This document shows positions 31,557-41,196 of a stretch of 64,000 nucleotides of DNA, piece after piece. The DNA comes from Acidobacteriota bacterium (GTDB lineage: Bacteria; Acidobacteriota; UBA6911; RPQK01; JAJDTT01). The notes beneath the pieces are model-generated. The model worked only from the letters and a program-made list of their open reading frames with translations. It did no database searches and was not told the DNA's origin. The position numbers and the translations under genes were made by a program. The stretch covers positions 5,216,001-5,280,000 of the forward strand of contig OZ253580.1 in assembly GCA_965263035.1 (NCBI GenBank). Reading direction: 5' to 3'. The number at the start of each line of letters is the position of its first letter. The stretch's first letter is position 1.

Positions 31557-32679
31557 CTAGTCGGGGGGATCTGACCGGGCAAGTATCTTCTTGATCTCAG
31601 CTACAATATCTCTTGGATTTTTGCCGCTCCAGGCTTGTTCTACCAATGCTCGAAGGTCCCGAAAATCGTCCTGAGAGGGTGCCTGCGTCACAGGACCGTA
31701 GGTGAATTTGTATTGAATCGTGTCAATTCGAACGTTGTTGATTGAATGTATCTGTAACAGCTTATCTTGAATGGGACGACCAAAGATCGCGATGTTCGGA
31801 AAACGCTGGCGGGACGGGCGAACATTGGAGAAGTAGCTGGGGTACTTGATGCCGTCCAAGCCCCGCTCTTGGCAACGCACACCAAGTTTCCGCCCTGTTT
31901 GGCTGTGGGAGCCGAAGACAAGTTGCGAATTCGCAAAGTAGAAGATGTTTCCACCCTCGCCCGATTCCTGGAAGTCATATGGCACATTCGTTAGATCGAG
32001 AACCCGCAGATCCCGCGTCGGTTGAAGAGTTGCGATGGCGATCTTGTCTTCCACTCGGACCCGACCTTCGTGCAAGCATGTCTCCGCATCGAACGCGGCA
32101 TATAGTACTGGAATAGAGCCATCTGAAAATCTGGACTTCGTTACCTTTCGCGGAGGGTCGAACTCGCTTATTTCGAATGATCGTTCGACGTTGCATCGAA
32201 CGCGGTAGACAAGTGTTCCGGTGGGGACCTCGACGATTTCGCAGTGGTCAATCACTTGATCCAGGAACTTGCGGGCGGTGGCAATCCCGTCTTGCCCCGG
32301 CGTCTTGAAGGCCTCCGTAAGCTGTTCCTCGATGGTGGTGTATCCGAGTCGCCACGTTCTCGGAGCGATGGAGGAAGAGCGTGCCCGGGTCGTGTCGGGA
32401 CAGCAACGCGTAGTCATCGCGTAGGGTACGGTCAAAACGCAGGCTGCCCTCGTCTGAGAGCGCCTCTTGGCTGTGCTTGTAGATTGGCTCCGGTTGACCA
32501 GTTGGTGCCGTCGATCCATATACGAAGAAGCGTTCGATGAGAGCATCGACTTGCTCTTGTGTGACCAAGTGAGCCTCAAAGCTGCCACAGTTGGGACAGG
32601 CCGAACCGTCATTGGTCTGAGCGATTCGGCCGGCTTCTTCTCGGAGCCCTTGGTTTCGGAAGCATGCGACGCAGAACAT
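31557..32679 (-). pseudogene. RES-domain protein (NAD+ phosphorylase-like) with N-terminal Zn-binding domain; 1-nt frameshift near 32367
   Basis: CVAC..CPNCG at the N-terminus; YRVR, SRF...IPVLY, TCLHEGR, GIKYPS. One extra C separates ...TLFLH from APRTWRLG. Confidence 0.8.
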
Positions 32680-33109
32680 GCGTCCGATGTTGAGTGATAG
32701 GGGCGAGTTGCCGCAAGGTGTTTCCGGACTCTGGCTTCCCCGCAGCCTCAACTGGCGAGTGTTCGCGATTCCAGAATCGTTATTGACCGAGTTCTTTGGG
32801 ATGACGGCGATACTCCACGAGTACAGCTTGGCCCAGCATCTCGACGGGGCGCACCCGCATTTCCCGGCCATTGGCGACCCTCGTCAAGAGCGATGTTGGA
32901 AGCGTAGAGGTAGGTCCGACCAGCAGCAAAGACTCGTGAACACATTCGCCCAGAGAACGAACTCCGTAGACTGAAATCCGTTAACTGAAATTATCGAACC
33001 GCCCCCCATGACCACTTATACCCTCGACGCCCACGCCGCTTGAATCTTTCCCTTCGGAGGGTTTCTAGTTTGCCCCTGCTATAGTTAGAGCATGGGAGGA
33101 GAAGTCAGA

Positions 33110-33313
33110 ATGAGTGAACGATGGACAATTATCGGAACCAGTCTTGCCCTGGCTGGTCTGATTCTCACCTTCGGACTTTCTCTTAAAGCTGATCTCCGTG
33201 CCTTCGATGAACGTCTCCGCTCCATGGATACTCAGTTGGCGTGCATCGAAGGCGCACTCTTCCATGGTGGAGTTGCCCGACAAGAGTCTCCAGCATCCTC
33301 AGAGAGCCGTTAA
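33110..33313 (+). CDS. Small N-terminal TM plus coiled-coil protein
   Basis: GGAGGAG RBS; MSERWTIIGTSLALAGLIL...DERLRSMDTQLACIEG. Confidence 0.55.
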   Translation: MSERWTIIGTSLALAGLILTFGLSLKADLRAFDERLRSMDTQLACIEGALFHGGVARQESPASSESR

Positions 33314-33329
33314 TTGTGGATCAATCGAA

Positions 33330-33740
33330 GTGAAGAAGGCGTTGCGGGACCAACTCGCGTCGATCCGAACCAGAATGGGCCAACGGGCAGCGGAGCTGTC
33401 AGCCACACCGGAACAGGACGAAGCCAAGGAGAAATTCGGCCGAATCTTCCAAGCCGATCATACCTCTCTGAGATTGGCGCAGAGAGATCTAGACGAGATA
33501 GATCGAGAGGCCGCACGTCCTCGGTTGCTCGAGATCGTAGGGGACCGTGCGGTACTGTACTTTAGGCAGACGAACATTTTCGTACCGATCATCCGGTTGA
33601 AGACGAGGACAACACGCGCTGACGATTGGCTTGCAATAATCGCTTACAGAGTCAATAGCGAACAGGAAGCAAGGAGAAAGGCTGCGAGAGATAATTCTCC
33701 CCTGATTGTTCTCAAAGGATCTACTTCAGACGTGGAGTAG
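33330..33740 (+). CDS. Hypothetical protein
   Basis: Helical, charged, protein-like ORF; start uncertain. Confidence 0.4.
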   Translation: MKKALRDQLASIRTRMGQRAAELSATPEQDEAKEKFGRIFQADHTSLRLAQRDLDEIDREAARPRLLEIVGDRAVLYFRQTNIFVPIIRLKTRTTRADDWLAIIAYRVNSEQEARRKAARDNSPLIVLKGSTSDVE

Positions 33741-34132
33741 GCTGATATCATCGTGCCTGAGTGCTGCCTGCCATGAGCCAGCACTCATGGCGAGAGCACG
33801 AGGTCGCCGGAGTCGCCGTCGAGTCCGCTGCGTTTACCGGCGGCGGGCTTTCCACGCCCCGTCCCGTGCCGCACCGTACTTCGCTCCGGCCATCTTCGCG
33901 GCGGGCACGAGCCGCGGGGAAGGAGAAGGGGGTTCTTCTATCCGATCTCCCACTCCAGCCCCTGATAAATCTCTTTTTTGGACACTGAGGCGGTCCCAGA
34001 GCATCCTTCCCTCCCGCTCTGCCACGACCCTCCGAACCTCCCCAGCGGGACCTTCGACGCCCGCAGGCATTCCCGGTGAAACTCCTCGACCGTCACCAGC
34101 TGGAGCCCGGCCTTACGTTCCCCTCTTGCCGG

Positions 34133-34717
34133 CTAGCTGAAGGCCACCCCGAAGAAAAGCACCGTGATGATGATCGCCGCCACGGCCAGAGGCGACACGA
34201 ACCGGATAAAGAACCGCCACGCTCCAAAGTTGAACCACCCGGGCTCTGTCCCATCCACGAGCTCCCGCTCGGTGTACTCGCGCGTCAGGAACCAGCCCGC
34301 CGCGATCGTGATCGCGAAGCCACCGGTTGGGAGCATCCAGTTCGGCACGAACTGGTCGACCATGACGAACCAGCTCGACTTGCCGCCGAAGAGCCTCTGG
34401 CCGAGCGCGCCTCCGAGGTGGAACTCGGTGATCGCGACGCTACCCCCAAACGACAACGCGGCGAGGATCGTGAAGGCGAACACCGCGCCGCCACACAGCA
34501 GCGTCGCCTTGGCCCGCGTGATGTGGTGTTCGTCGATCACGTTTGCGGCGACCACTTCCAGCAACGACATCGTCGAGGTGAGCGCCGTGAGGGGCACTAG
34601 CACGTAGAAGAGTGGTCCCAGGAATGACCCGAACGGGACCTCGGTGAAAAACAGCTGCGGCAGCGAGATGAAGAGCATCCCCACGGTGCTGGTGCCGCCA
34701 GGCCACATTTGACTCAT
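34133..34717 (-). pseudogene. Sodium:neurotransmitter symporter (SNF/NSS) family, C-terminal fragment only
   Basis: GMLFISLPQLF, ALTSTMSLLE, N.MLP.GG, WRFFIRFVSP. The N-terminal half is missing. Confidence 0.8.
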
Positions 34718-35556
34718 GCTTCCCACTGAACCGGTGCGACGATATGCCTGCCCTCCCGACGAGTCATAGTTCCGGCAACCACTTGCGGATCGTGATCGAA
34801 GAGTAGGAGCCACTTCTCCTCTACGGCGCGGGAATAGATGCGTTTTCTCGTTTCCAGAGTGGTCAAAGGGAAGAGATCGTAACCCATGATCCAGGGGAGG
34901 GGAACATGGGACGTCGTGGCGCAGAGGTCCCCCAGGAAGAAGACGGTTTCCCCGCCGGACTGGACTTTGACCGAGTGATGTCCGGGCGTGTGTCCGGGCG
35001 TGTGGACCAGCGAAACGCCCGGGACGATCTCCTGCTCTCCGTCGACCAGCCGGAGTTGATGCGCTTCTTGGAGAGGCACCCAGTTCTCGGACCGGTAGGA
35101 AACGGCGGTCCTCTCGTTCCTGCCGGTTGCCGTCGCGTAGTCTTCCCGCGCCACGATGTAGGTGGCGTTGGGAAAGTTGGGCACCACTTCTTCGCCCTCC
35201 CGGCGGGTGTTGCCCCCACAGTGGTCGAAGTGAAGATGGGTGTTGACGACCAGGTCGATGTCCCCCGGTTCCAGGCCCAGGTTCGCCAGACGGGCAACGA
35301 CATCCGGCTCCTCGCCGATGCCGTAGATGTCCTGCTCTTTCGGGGAGTATTTTCGTCCGGCCCCGGTGTCCACCAGGATGGCTTCGTGGGGGGTGCGGAT
35401 GAGGAGGCAGTTGAGGCCGAGCCGAACCCGGTTGCGGCCGTCGGGACGCATCCTGCGCTCCCAGAGGACCCTGGGCACGATCCCGAATACGGCGCCGCCG
35501 TCCAGGCGGATAGAGCCGTCGGAGATGTGGCTCAGTTGGAAACTTCCCAGCCTCAT
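34714..35556 (-). CDS. MBL-fold metallo-hydrolase (YtnP-like)
   Basis: LDGGAVFG, THLHFDHCGG, PGHTPGH, GDL motifs. Confidence 0.9.
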   Translation of the reverse strand: MRLGSFQLSHISDGSIRLDGGAVFGIVPRVLWERRMRPDGRNRVRLGLNCLLIRTPHEAILVDTGAGRKYSPKEQDIYGIGEEPDVVARLANLGLEPGDIDLVVNTHLHFDHCGGNTRREGEEVVPNFPNATYIVAREDYATATGRNERTAVSYRSENWVPLQEAHQLRLVDGEQEIVPGVSLVHTPGHTPGHHSVKVQSGGETVFFLGDLCATTSHVPLPWIMGYDLFPLTTLETRKRIYSRAVEEKWLLLFDHDPQVVAGTMTRREGRHIVAPVQWEA

Positions 35557-35966
35557 TCCTTCGGCTGGACGGGCGCCTGGCTCAGTTCCACCAGGACCCC
35601 TCCGGTGCTGCGGGGATGGATGAAGGCGATGAGGTGGCCGCCGGCTCCGATGCGCGGAACCTCGTCGATCAGGTCCACGTTTCGTTCTTTCAACCGTCTC
35701 AGATCTTCCTGGAGATCGTCGACCTCGAAGGCGAGGTGATGAATGCCTTCCCCTCTTTTCTCCACGAACCGGGAAATGATCGAGTCGGGTTCGGTCCCCT
35801 CCAGCAATTCCACGGCCGTGTCTCCGACCGGCAGGATCGCGGCACGAACCTTCTGATCCGGCACGGTTTCGGTCGTCTTCACCTCAAGTCCCAGATCTTG
35901 GTACAGGCGGGAAAGAGACTCCAGAGAGCGGGTGGCGATCCCCACATGGGCCAATCGTCGTATCAT
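35553..35966 (-). CDS. mce: Methylmalonyl-CoA epimerase
   Basis: HVGIA, ELLE, GEGIHHLAF, FIHPRSTGGVLVEL motifs. Confidence 0.92.
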   Translation of the reverse strand: MIRRLAHVGIATRSLESLSRLYQDLGLEVKTTETVPDQKVRAAILPVGDTAVELLEGTEPDSIISRFVEKRGEGIHHLAFEVDDLQEDLRRLKERNVDLIDEVPRIGAGGHLIAFIHPRSTGGVLVELSQAPVQPKE

Positions 35967-36988
35967 TTACTCGGTCCTGAACGTTCGAAGATGCGATCCA
36001 CCAGAGTATAGGGGTCCACTTCCCGGTTGGCCATTCGTTGCGCCCAACGGTCCAGATCTTCCGAATCCATCTCGTCCACGACCTGCTGAGCCATCCGATC
36101 GCAAATCATCTCCAGGACTTTCTGCCGGCAGAGGAAGACTCTCCTCGGGGAAGCCGCCCCCTCCTGGTCCGTGAACCTGCGGTACGCTTCCACGGCCTCG
36201 GCCACCTCGTCGATTCCCTGGCCCCGAGTGGCCACCGTCTGAACGATGGGAGGGTCCCAGCCGTCGTCGCGCGCCGCCAGGGAGAGGACGGCTCGCAGTT
36301 CCCGCTCCGTCTTCATGGCGCCGGGGCGATCCGCCTTGTTGATGACGAAGACGTCCCCGATCTCCATGATTCCGGCCTTGATGCTCTGAATGTCGTCTCC
36401 CATGCCCGGGACCAGCAGAACCAGGACCGCCTCCGCGGTCCGCACCACGTCGACCTCATCCTGACCGACCCCCACCGTCTCCACCATCAGCCGCGTGAAG
36501 CCGCCGGCGGCCAGCACCAGGAGGGCGTCGTCCACGGCGCTGGAGAGCCCCCCCAGACGGCCCCGCGTGGCCATGCTGCGGATGAAGACTCCCGGGTCGG
36601 TAAACAGATTCTGCATCCGAATCCGATCGCCCAGCAGGGCTCCCCCCGAAAAGGGCGAAGTCGGATCCACGGCCACGATCCCCACCTTCTCGCCGGCCTT
36701 GCGATAGTGACGAGCCAGCACCTCCACCAAGGTGCTCTTCCCGGCACCGGGACTGCCCGTGATTCCCATCACCCACGAGCCACCGGTCTTTCGAAAGAGA
36801 GCCTTGAGCAGATTCCGGGTCGATTCCGTGGACGAATTCTCGACTTCGGTCAGGGTACGGGCCAACTGGCGCATGTCACCGCGGCAGATGTTCCGGATCT
36901 CATCCAGTCTTTCCAGATCGTTCACCTGTTCGATCCGCGCCGGTGGTTTCAGGCGTATTTCTCGCGCAGAATCCGAGCCCCACCGCAC
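35963..36988 (-). CDS. meaB: Methylmalonyl-CoA mutase-associated GTPase (start may be GTG 36925)
   Basis: GSPGAGKST, DPTSPFSGGALLGDRIRM, ETVGVGQ, NKAD motifs. Confidence 0.93.
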   Translation of the reverse strand: MRWGSDSAREIRLKPPARIEQVNDLERLDEIRNICRGDMRQLARTLTEVENSSTESTRNLLKALFRKTGGSWVMGITGSPGAGKSTLVEVLARHYRKAGEKVGIVAVDPTSPFSGGALLGDRIRMQNLFTDPGVFIRSMATRGRLGGLSSAVDDALLVLAAGGFTRLMVETVGVGQDEVDVVRTAEAVLVLLVPGMGDDIQSIKAGIMEIGDVFVINKADRPGAMKTERELRAVLSLAARDDGWDPPIVQTVATRGQGIDEVAEAVEAYRRFTDQEGAASPRRVFLCRQKVLEMICDRMAQQVVDEMDSEDLDRWAQRMANREVDPYTLVDRIFERSGPSK

Positions 36989-38037
36989 ATGGCCTTGAGC
37001 TTCAGGTAGGCCTCGTCCAGGTCCATCGGGTTGAGGCTGGATGGGGAAAATCCGCAGTCGGGGTTCAGAGTGATCCGTTCCGGGGGGACGAACTCCAGGG
37101 CCCGCTCGACACGGCCGACCACCTCTTCAGGCGTTTCCAGGTGCGGGTCGGTATGGTCGATCACCCCCAGACCCAGGAGCTTGTCCGGGGGAAATCGCCG
37201 GAGGCTCTCGACGCCCCCGGCATCCGGCGTGGCGAACTCCATGGCGATGCGATCCACGTTCATCTCTCCCAGGGCGTCCATGATGAGATGGTACGGACCG
37301 CGCGTGGAGTGGGCCCGGTTGAAGTGGGCGTGGCAGAGATGGACGCTGATGAAGGCCTCCTCGAATCCTCGGACCGTCGCATTGAAACAGTCGACACACA
37401 GAGAGATCTCCTGCTCGATGTCGACGATGCCTTCACGTTCCCGATAGTCGGCATCCACCAGCAGGGCCAACCAGGGATCGTCCAACTGGATGGCATCGAC
37501 GCCACAGGCGATGAGCTCCCGGATTTCCCGGCGCAGGAAGGGAATGCAGGCGAGCATGAAGGCCCTCCGCGTGGGGTAGGCTCCGGTCGAATACCGTGGG
37601 TCCCACATCCGCCGGCCCAAAGTGTACGCGGAAGGGATAGCGGCCAGAATCCGCCGGTCCGTATGCTCGCGGATGAAACGGACTTCGTCCACGGCCATGA
37701 AACGGTGAGCCTTCATCTCGGAGACCACGGAAGGATATCTGAGCTGGGGAAAATTGGAGGCCCCGGCCGAGACCGTATCGATCTCGAAACCGGCGACCGA
37801 TTCGGAGAAGACCTTCATGTAGCTTTCGCGGCGCCATTCCCCGTCGGAGAGGTAGTCGAGGCCGGCCCGTTCCTGCATTTTCAAGTTCGAGGGGATGGCT
37901 TCGTTGAGAAGCCGGTCCGCTTCGGTGGCATCGACGTGTCCCGCCTTCCGGTCTTCGATCAGCTCGCGTATCCACTCCGGCCGGGGGAGGCTTCCCACCA
38001 CCAGGGTAGGGAAGAGATGCGGGATCGATTCCTTCAT
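36949..38037 (-). CDS. Cobalamin-independent methionine synthase II (MetE-like single barrel) family protein
   Basis: VGSLPRP, DGEWRR, QLDDP, HLC, PDCGF Zn-binding motifs. Confidence 0.88.
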   Translation of the reverse strand: MKESIPHLFPTLVVGSLPRPEWIRELIEDRKAGHVDATEADRLLNEAIPSNLKMQERAGLDYLSDGEWRRESYMKVFSESVAGFEIDTVSAGASNFPQLRYPSVVSEMKAHRFMAVDEVRFIREHTDRRILAAIPSAYTLGRRMWDPRYSTGAYPTRRAFMLACIPFLRREIRELIACGVDAIQLDDPWLALLVDADYREREGIVDIEQEISLCVDCFNATVRGFEEAFISVHLCHAHFNRAHSTRGPYHLIMDALGEMNVDRIAMEFATPDAGGVESLRRFPPDKLLGLGVIDHTDPHLETPEEVVGRVERALEFVPPERITLNPDCGFSPSSLNPMDLDEAYLKLKAMCGGARILREKYA

Positions 38038-38209
38038 TTTGCAGTCACTCCCGGGCCCGCGTCCTCAGACATTCCAGCGGGTCGGCCCGGGAATTTCTCC
38101 AGACCGCGGCGCGAGTTGCCGACGCTCAGTCTACTACGACCCAGTGCGGGAAGTCGGCGAACCGGTTGTAATTGGGGCGTGCCTTGAGAGCCTGGGCCGT
38201 ATCTGTTAA

Positions 38210-38369
38210 CAGTTTGTGGTGAAAGTCCCGCGAGCACCGAGACCGTTCCTGCGCCCGCCGGACCAGGCGCTTCGGAGGGAGCATACCGGGAGTATATGAC
38301 CGAGTCGCAACGCAGTCCGCGCACGATGCAGGGACGATCGAATGCCGTGACGACTTTTGCCACGGGCTG
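38210..38369. repeat. MITE-like dispersed repeat A, copy 1, flanked by TTAA
   Basis: Imperfect IRs cagtttgtggtgaaagt / acttttgccacgggctg; closely similar to 48844-49001. Confidence 0.8.
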
Positions 38370-38385
38370 TTAAGACGGGGGACCT

Positions 38386-39051
38386 ATGAAGTTTCGGCGG
38401 AGCTTGATTGTGTGCGGCTGTTTGGCGGTTCTGGTCCTGTTGCCCTCTCTGCTGGCTGAGACCGGTGAAACCATCTCGGTCATGGTCGCCCCCGACCAGC
38501 TGGAGGTCGAGGCTCCCGAATGTCTCAATCTCCTCTTCAACCGGATGACGCCGGTTCCGGTCCGGATGAATAACCGAACTGGGAAGGACATCCAGCTTGA
38601 GATCGCCACCCGTTCCGATGTCGTGGGCCTGGTTCCGTTCCGGAGACAGGTTGCGGCCGGCAGCAACGGGGAAACGGAACAGTTGGTGCTGATCCCACTC
38701 ATGGCCGGAGAGTGGGATGCGGAACTGATTCTGACGGCCGGGGACAGCACGCGGACCTGGACCCAGCGCTTCTGCGTTCTGCCGCCGGCCCGTTTGCACG
38801 CCCGGATTCATGATGCAGCGAATCGTGTCGTGCCCGCCCGGGTCCGGGTGACCGGTGCGGATGGACGTCACTACGCTCCGGACGGATACGGAGCAGGTGA
38901 GTTCAGGACGGAAGGGCTGTTCGAGTTGCTGGTTCCGGCAGGCGGGGCCACGGTTTCCGTCCGTCCTGCGGACCGGGACGGGCCGGCGCGCGAGACCCGA
39001 GTCGATCTTCCCGTCAACCGCACGGTATTCGTCGAGCTGCCGCTCCCATGA
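38386..39051 (+). CDS. Secreted beta-rich hypothetical protein
   Basis: Signal peptide. The C-terminal PARVRVTGADGR resembles the accessory domain of the downstream hydrolase; ATGA overlap. Confidence 0.7.
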   Translation: MKFRRSLIVCGCLAVLVLLPSLLAETGETISVMVAPDQLEVEAPECLNLLFNRMTPVPVRMNNRTGKDIQLEIATRSDVVGLVPFRRQVAAGSNGETEQLVLIPLMAGEWDAELILTAGDSTRTWTQRFCVLPPARLHARIHDAANRVVPARVRVTGADGRHYAPDGYGAGEFRTEGLFELLVPAGGATVSVRPADRDGPARETRVDLPVNRTVFVELPLP

Positions 39052-41192
39052 GATTCCATGGCATGGTTTGGATCCTGCTGATCCTGACCCCGGTATCGCT
39101 CGGGGCGAGTGGCCGTGCGTGGAATCCCTACGGGCTGAGCGAGGATGAGGTGGATGCCCTGCGGGTCCGGCATCCGGCCCTGCGGGAGTTCGCCGAGTTC
39201 TTTACGGCGCTTCTTCGTCACGAGGATGCTCCGCGGGACGAGAACTTCGCCGTCTACCGTCCCATCCGCCGTCTGGCCATGCGGCGCAGGTCAGTTCGAG
39301 GGACCTGGTCTCCCGATTTGCAGGACGGAATCCAAGGCCAAGTCAGCCAGGCGCTCTGGAAACTGGCTTCGCCGGAATTGGCCAGAATCGATTTGAACCC
39401 GGACGTCCAACTGACGTCTCCGGCCCAGGTATCCGTCTTCACCGAAGGCTTGGAGAACCGGGTCCTGCTCCTGCTTCGCAACAACCAACGGAAACCGGTG
39501 GCTTTGAGTCTGTCGCCCGACGGCGACTCGCTTCATTTTCCTCCTCGCGAGGCGTCTCTGGCTCCGGGACAGGTGACGGGAGTGCAGCTTCGGGTCTGGG
39601 GAGAGGGGGCCGATTCGCTGGGTTTGCGGCTGACCGTCGAGAAGCAGCCGATGGTTCTTGCGTTGCCGATTCGGTGGCGCAAGGCGGCCCGGTTGCAGTT
39701 GACGGTCAAGACGCAGGATCGTGAATCATTCCGGCCCGCCCGGGTCTACGTGGTGGGATCGGATCGGCTGGCCCGGGGCCCTGCCGGGACCTTTCTGCGG
39801 AGCACGTGGACGGAAGGGCACCACTACTTCCATACCCAGGGAGCCAGTTCTCTGGTCCTGCCGTCGGGACCGGCTCGCATATTTGTCGTGCATGGTTTCG
39901 AACACTCTCCCGTGACCATGAACGTGAATTTGGAACCGGGAAGCAATGAGGTGGAGCTCATCCCTCGACCGGGAATCGATTGTGCCTCTCGAGGATGGTA
40001 TTCGGGAGACATCCATATTCACCTCAACCTGGTCCACAAGACCCTGGATCAACTGGTGTCGACTCAAGACGCATTCCTCCAGGCCGGGGCCGAGGACCTG
40101 GACGTCTCCAATCTGCTGGTGTGCAACTCACTGGGCTCCATCACCTTCGATCGCAACCGCTTCACCGGATCGCTGCATCCTCTATCGACGGCGGAGCGGG
40201 TTCTGTATTGGAACGAGGAGGTCCGGGCCTCCCTCTACGGTCACATGGCCGCGCTCAACCTCAAGGAGTTCCTGGAGCCCAACTTTACCGGGTTCCGCAA
40301 CACCGACCACGCGTTCGACTACCCTTCCAACACCATTCAGGCCCGGAAAGGAAGGGAACAGGGTGCCGGGATCTTCTATGTCCACCCGGTCCACAATCCG
40401 GACGCCAATGATCTGGCCGGGTCCAGCGCCAAGGCGGTTCCCGTGGACGCGGCCCTGGGCCTCGTCGACGGACTGGAAATCCTGGGATACGGACACCCGG
40501 TCGCCTCCCTGCGCCTCTACTACCGGCTGTTGAACTGCGGTTTCCGCCTGGCCGCAGCGGCGGGCACCGACACCTTCAACAACATCCGGCGCCACAAGGT
40601 CATTGGCGGCGACCGGGTCTACGTGCATACCGGGGACGTCTTCGACTACGATTCCTGGGTCCAGGGTCTCAAGGCGGGGCGAAGCTTCGTCACCAACGGC
40701 CCCCTCCTGTTCTTCCAAGTGGACGGCCGTTTGCCGGGATCGGAGCTGGACCTGGAAGCGCCGGGCCGGGTTCGGGTTCGGGTGGAGGCCCATTCCCATG
40801 CTCCCATGGATCGGCTCGACCTGGTCTTCAACGGGGAGCCGGTTCACACGGTGAAGGCTTCGGGAAACGGAACCCATCTGCTCTATCGGGGCTCGCTTCC
40901 CATCACCGAAAGCGGATGGCTGGCTGCGCGGATCCAGGGCGGTCCTCACCGTCTGGTCGTCAACAACACGGACCTTTTCGCACATACGACGCCCGTATAT
41001 CTGACTGTGGGCGGTGAGCCGTATGCGGATCCGGATTCCGTTTCCCACTTTCTCCGCTGGATCGGGGATCTGCGGCAACGGCTGCTGACCGAGGGTCTGT
41101 TCCAGGAACCGATTCAGAAGCGCCAAGTCCTGGATCAGTTCCGGCGGGCCGAAGCCGTCTACCGGCAGAAGCTGGATTCGGTCGAGGAGTAG
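39048..41192 (+). CDS. CehA/McbA-family (PHP-like) secreted metallohydrolase
   Basis: GWYSGDIHIH, NEE..GH, YVHP, AGTD, FVTNGP, AHTTPVY motifs. Confidence 0.85.
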   Translation: MRFHGMVWILLILTPVSLGASGRAWNPYGLSEDEVDALRVRHPALREFAEFFTALLRHEDAPRDENFAVYRPIRRLAMRRRSVRGTWSPDLQDGIQGQVSQALWKLASPELARIDLNPDVQLTSPAQVSVFTEGLENRVLLLLRNNQRKPVALSLSPDGDSLHFPPREASLAPGQVTGVQLRVWGEGADSLGLRLTVEKQPMVLALPIRWRKAARLQLTVKTQDRESFRPARVYVVGSDRLARGPAGTFLRSTWTEGHHYFHTQGASSLVLPSGPARIFVVHGFEHSPVTMNVNLEPGSNEVELIPRPGIDCASRGWYSGDIHIHLNLVHKTLDQLVSTQDAFLQAGAEDLDVSNLLVCNSLGSITFDRNRFTGSLHPLSTAERVLYWNEEVRASLYGHMAALNLKEFLEPNFTGFRNTDHAFDYPSNTIQARKGREQGAGIFYVHPVHNPDANDLAGSSAKAVPVDAALGLVDGLEILGYGHPVASLRLYYRLLNCGFRLAAAAGTDTFNNIRRHKVIGGDRVYVHTGDVFDYDSWVQGLKAGRSFVTNGPLLFFQVDGRLPGSELDLEAPGRVRVRVEAHSHAPMDRLDLVFNGEPVHTVKASGNGTHLLYRGSLPITESGWLAARIQGGPHRLVVNNTDLFAHTTPVYLTVGGEPYADPDSVSHFLRWIGDLRQRLLTEGLFQEPIQKRQVLDQFRRAEAVYRQKLDSVEE

Positions 41193-41196
41193 GTGA

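Noticed and set aside
35553-36988. meaB and mce without a methylmalonyl-CoA mutase
   Set aside because: The mutase is often encoded elsewhere; this cannot be judged from one window.
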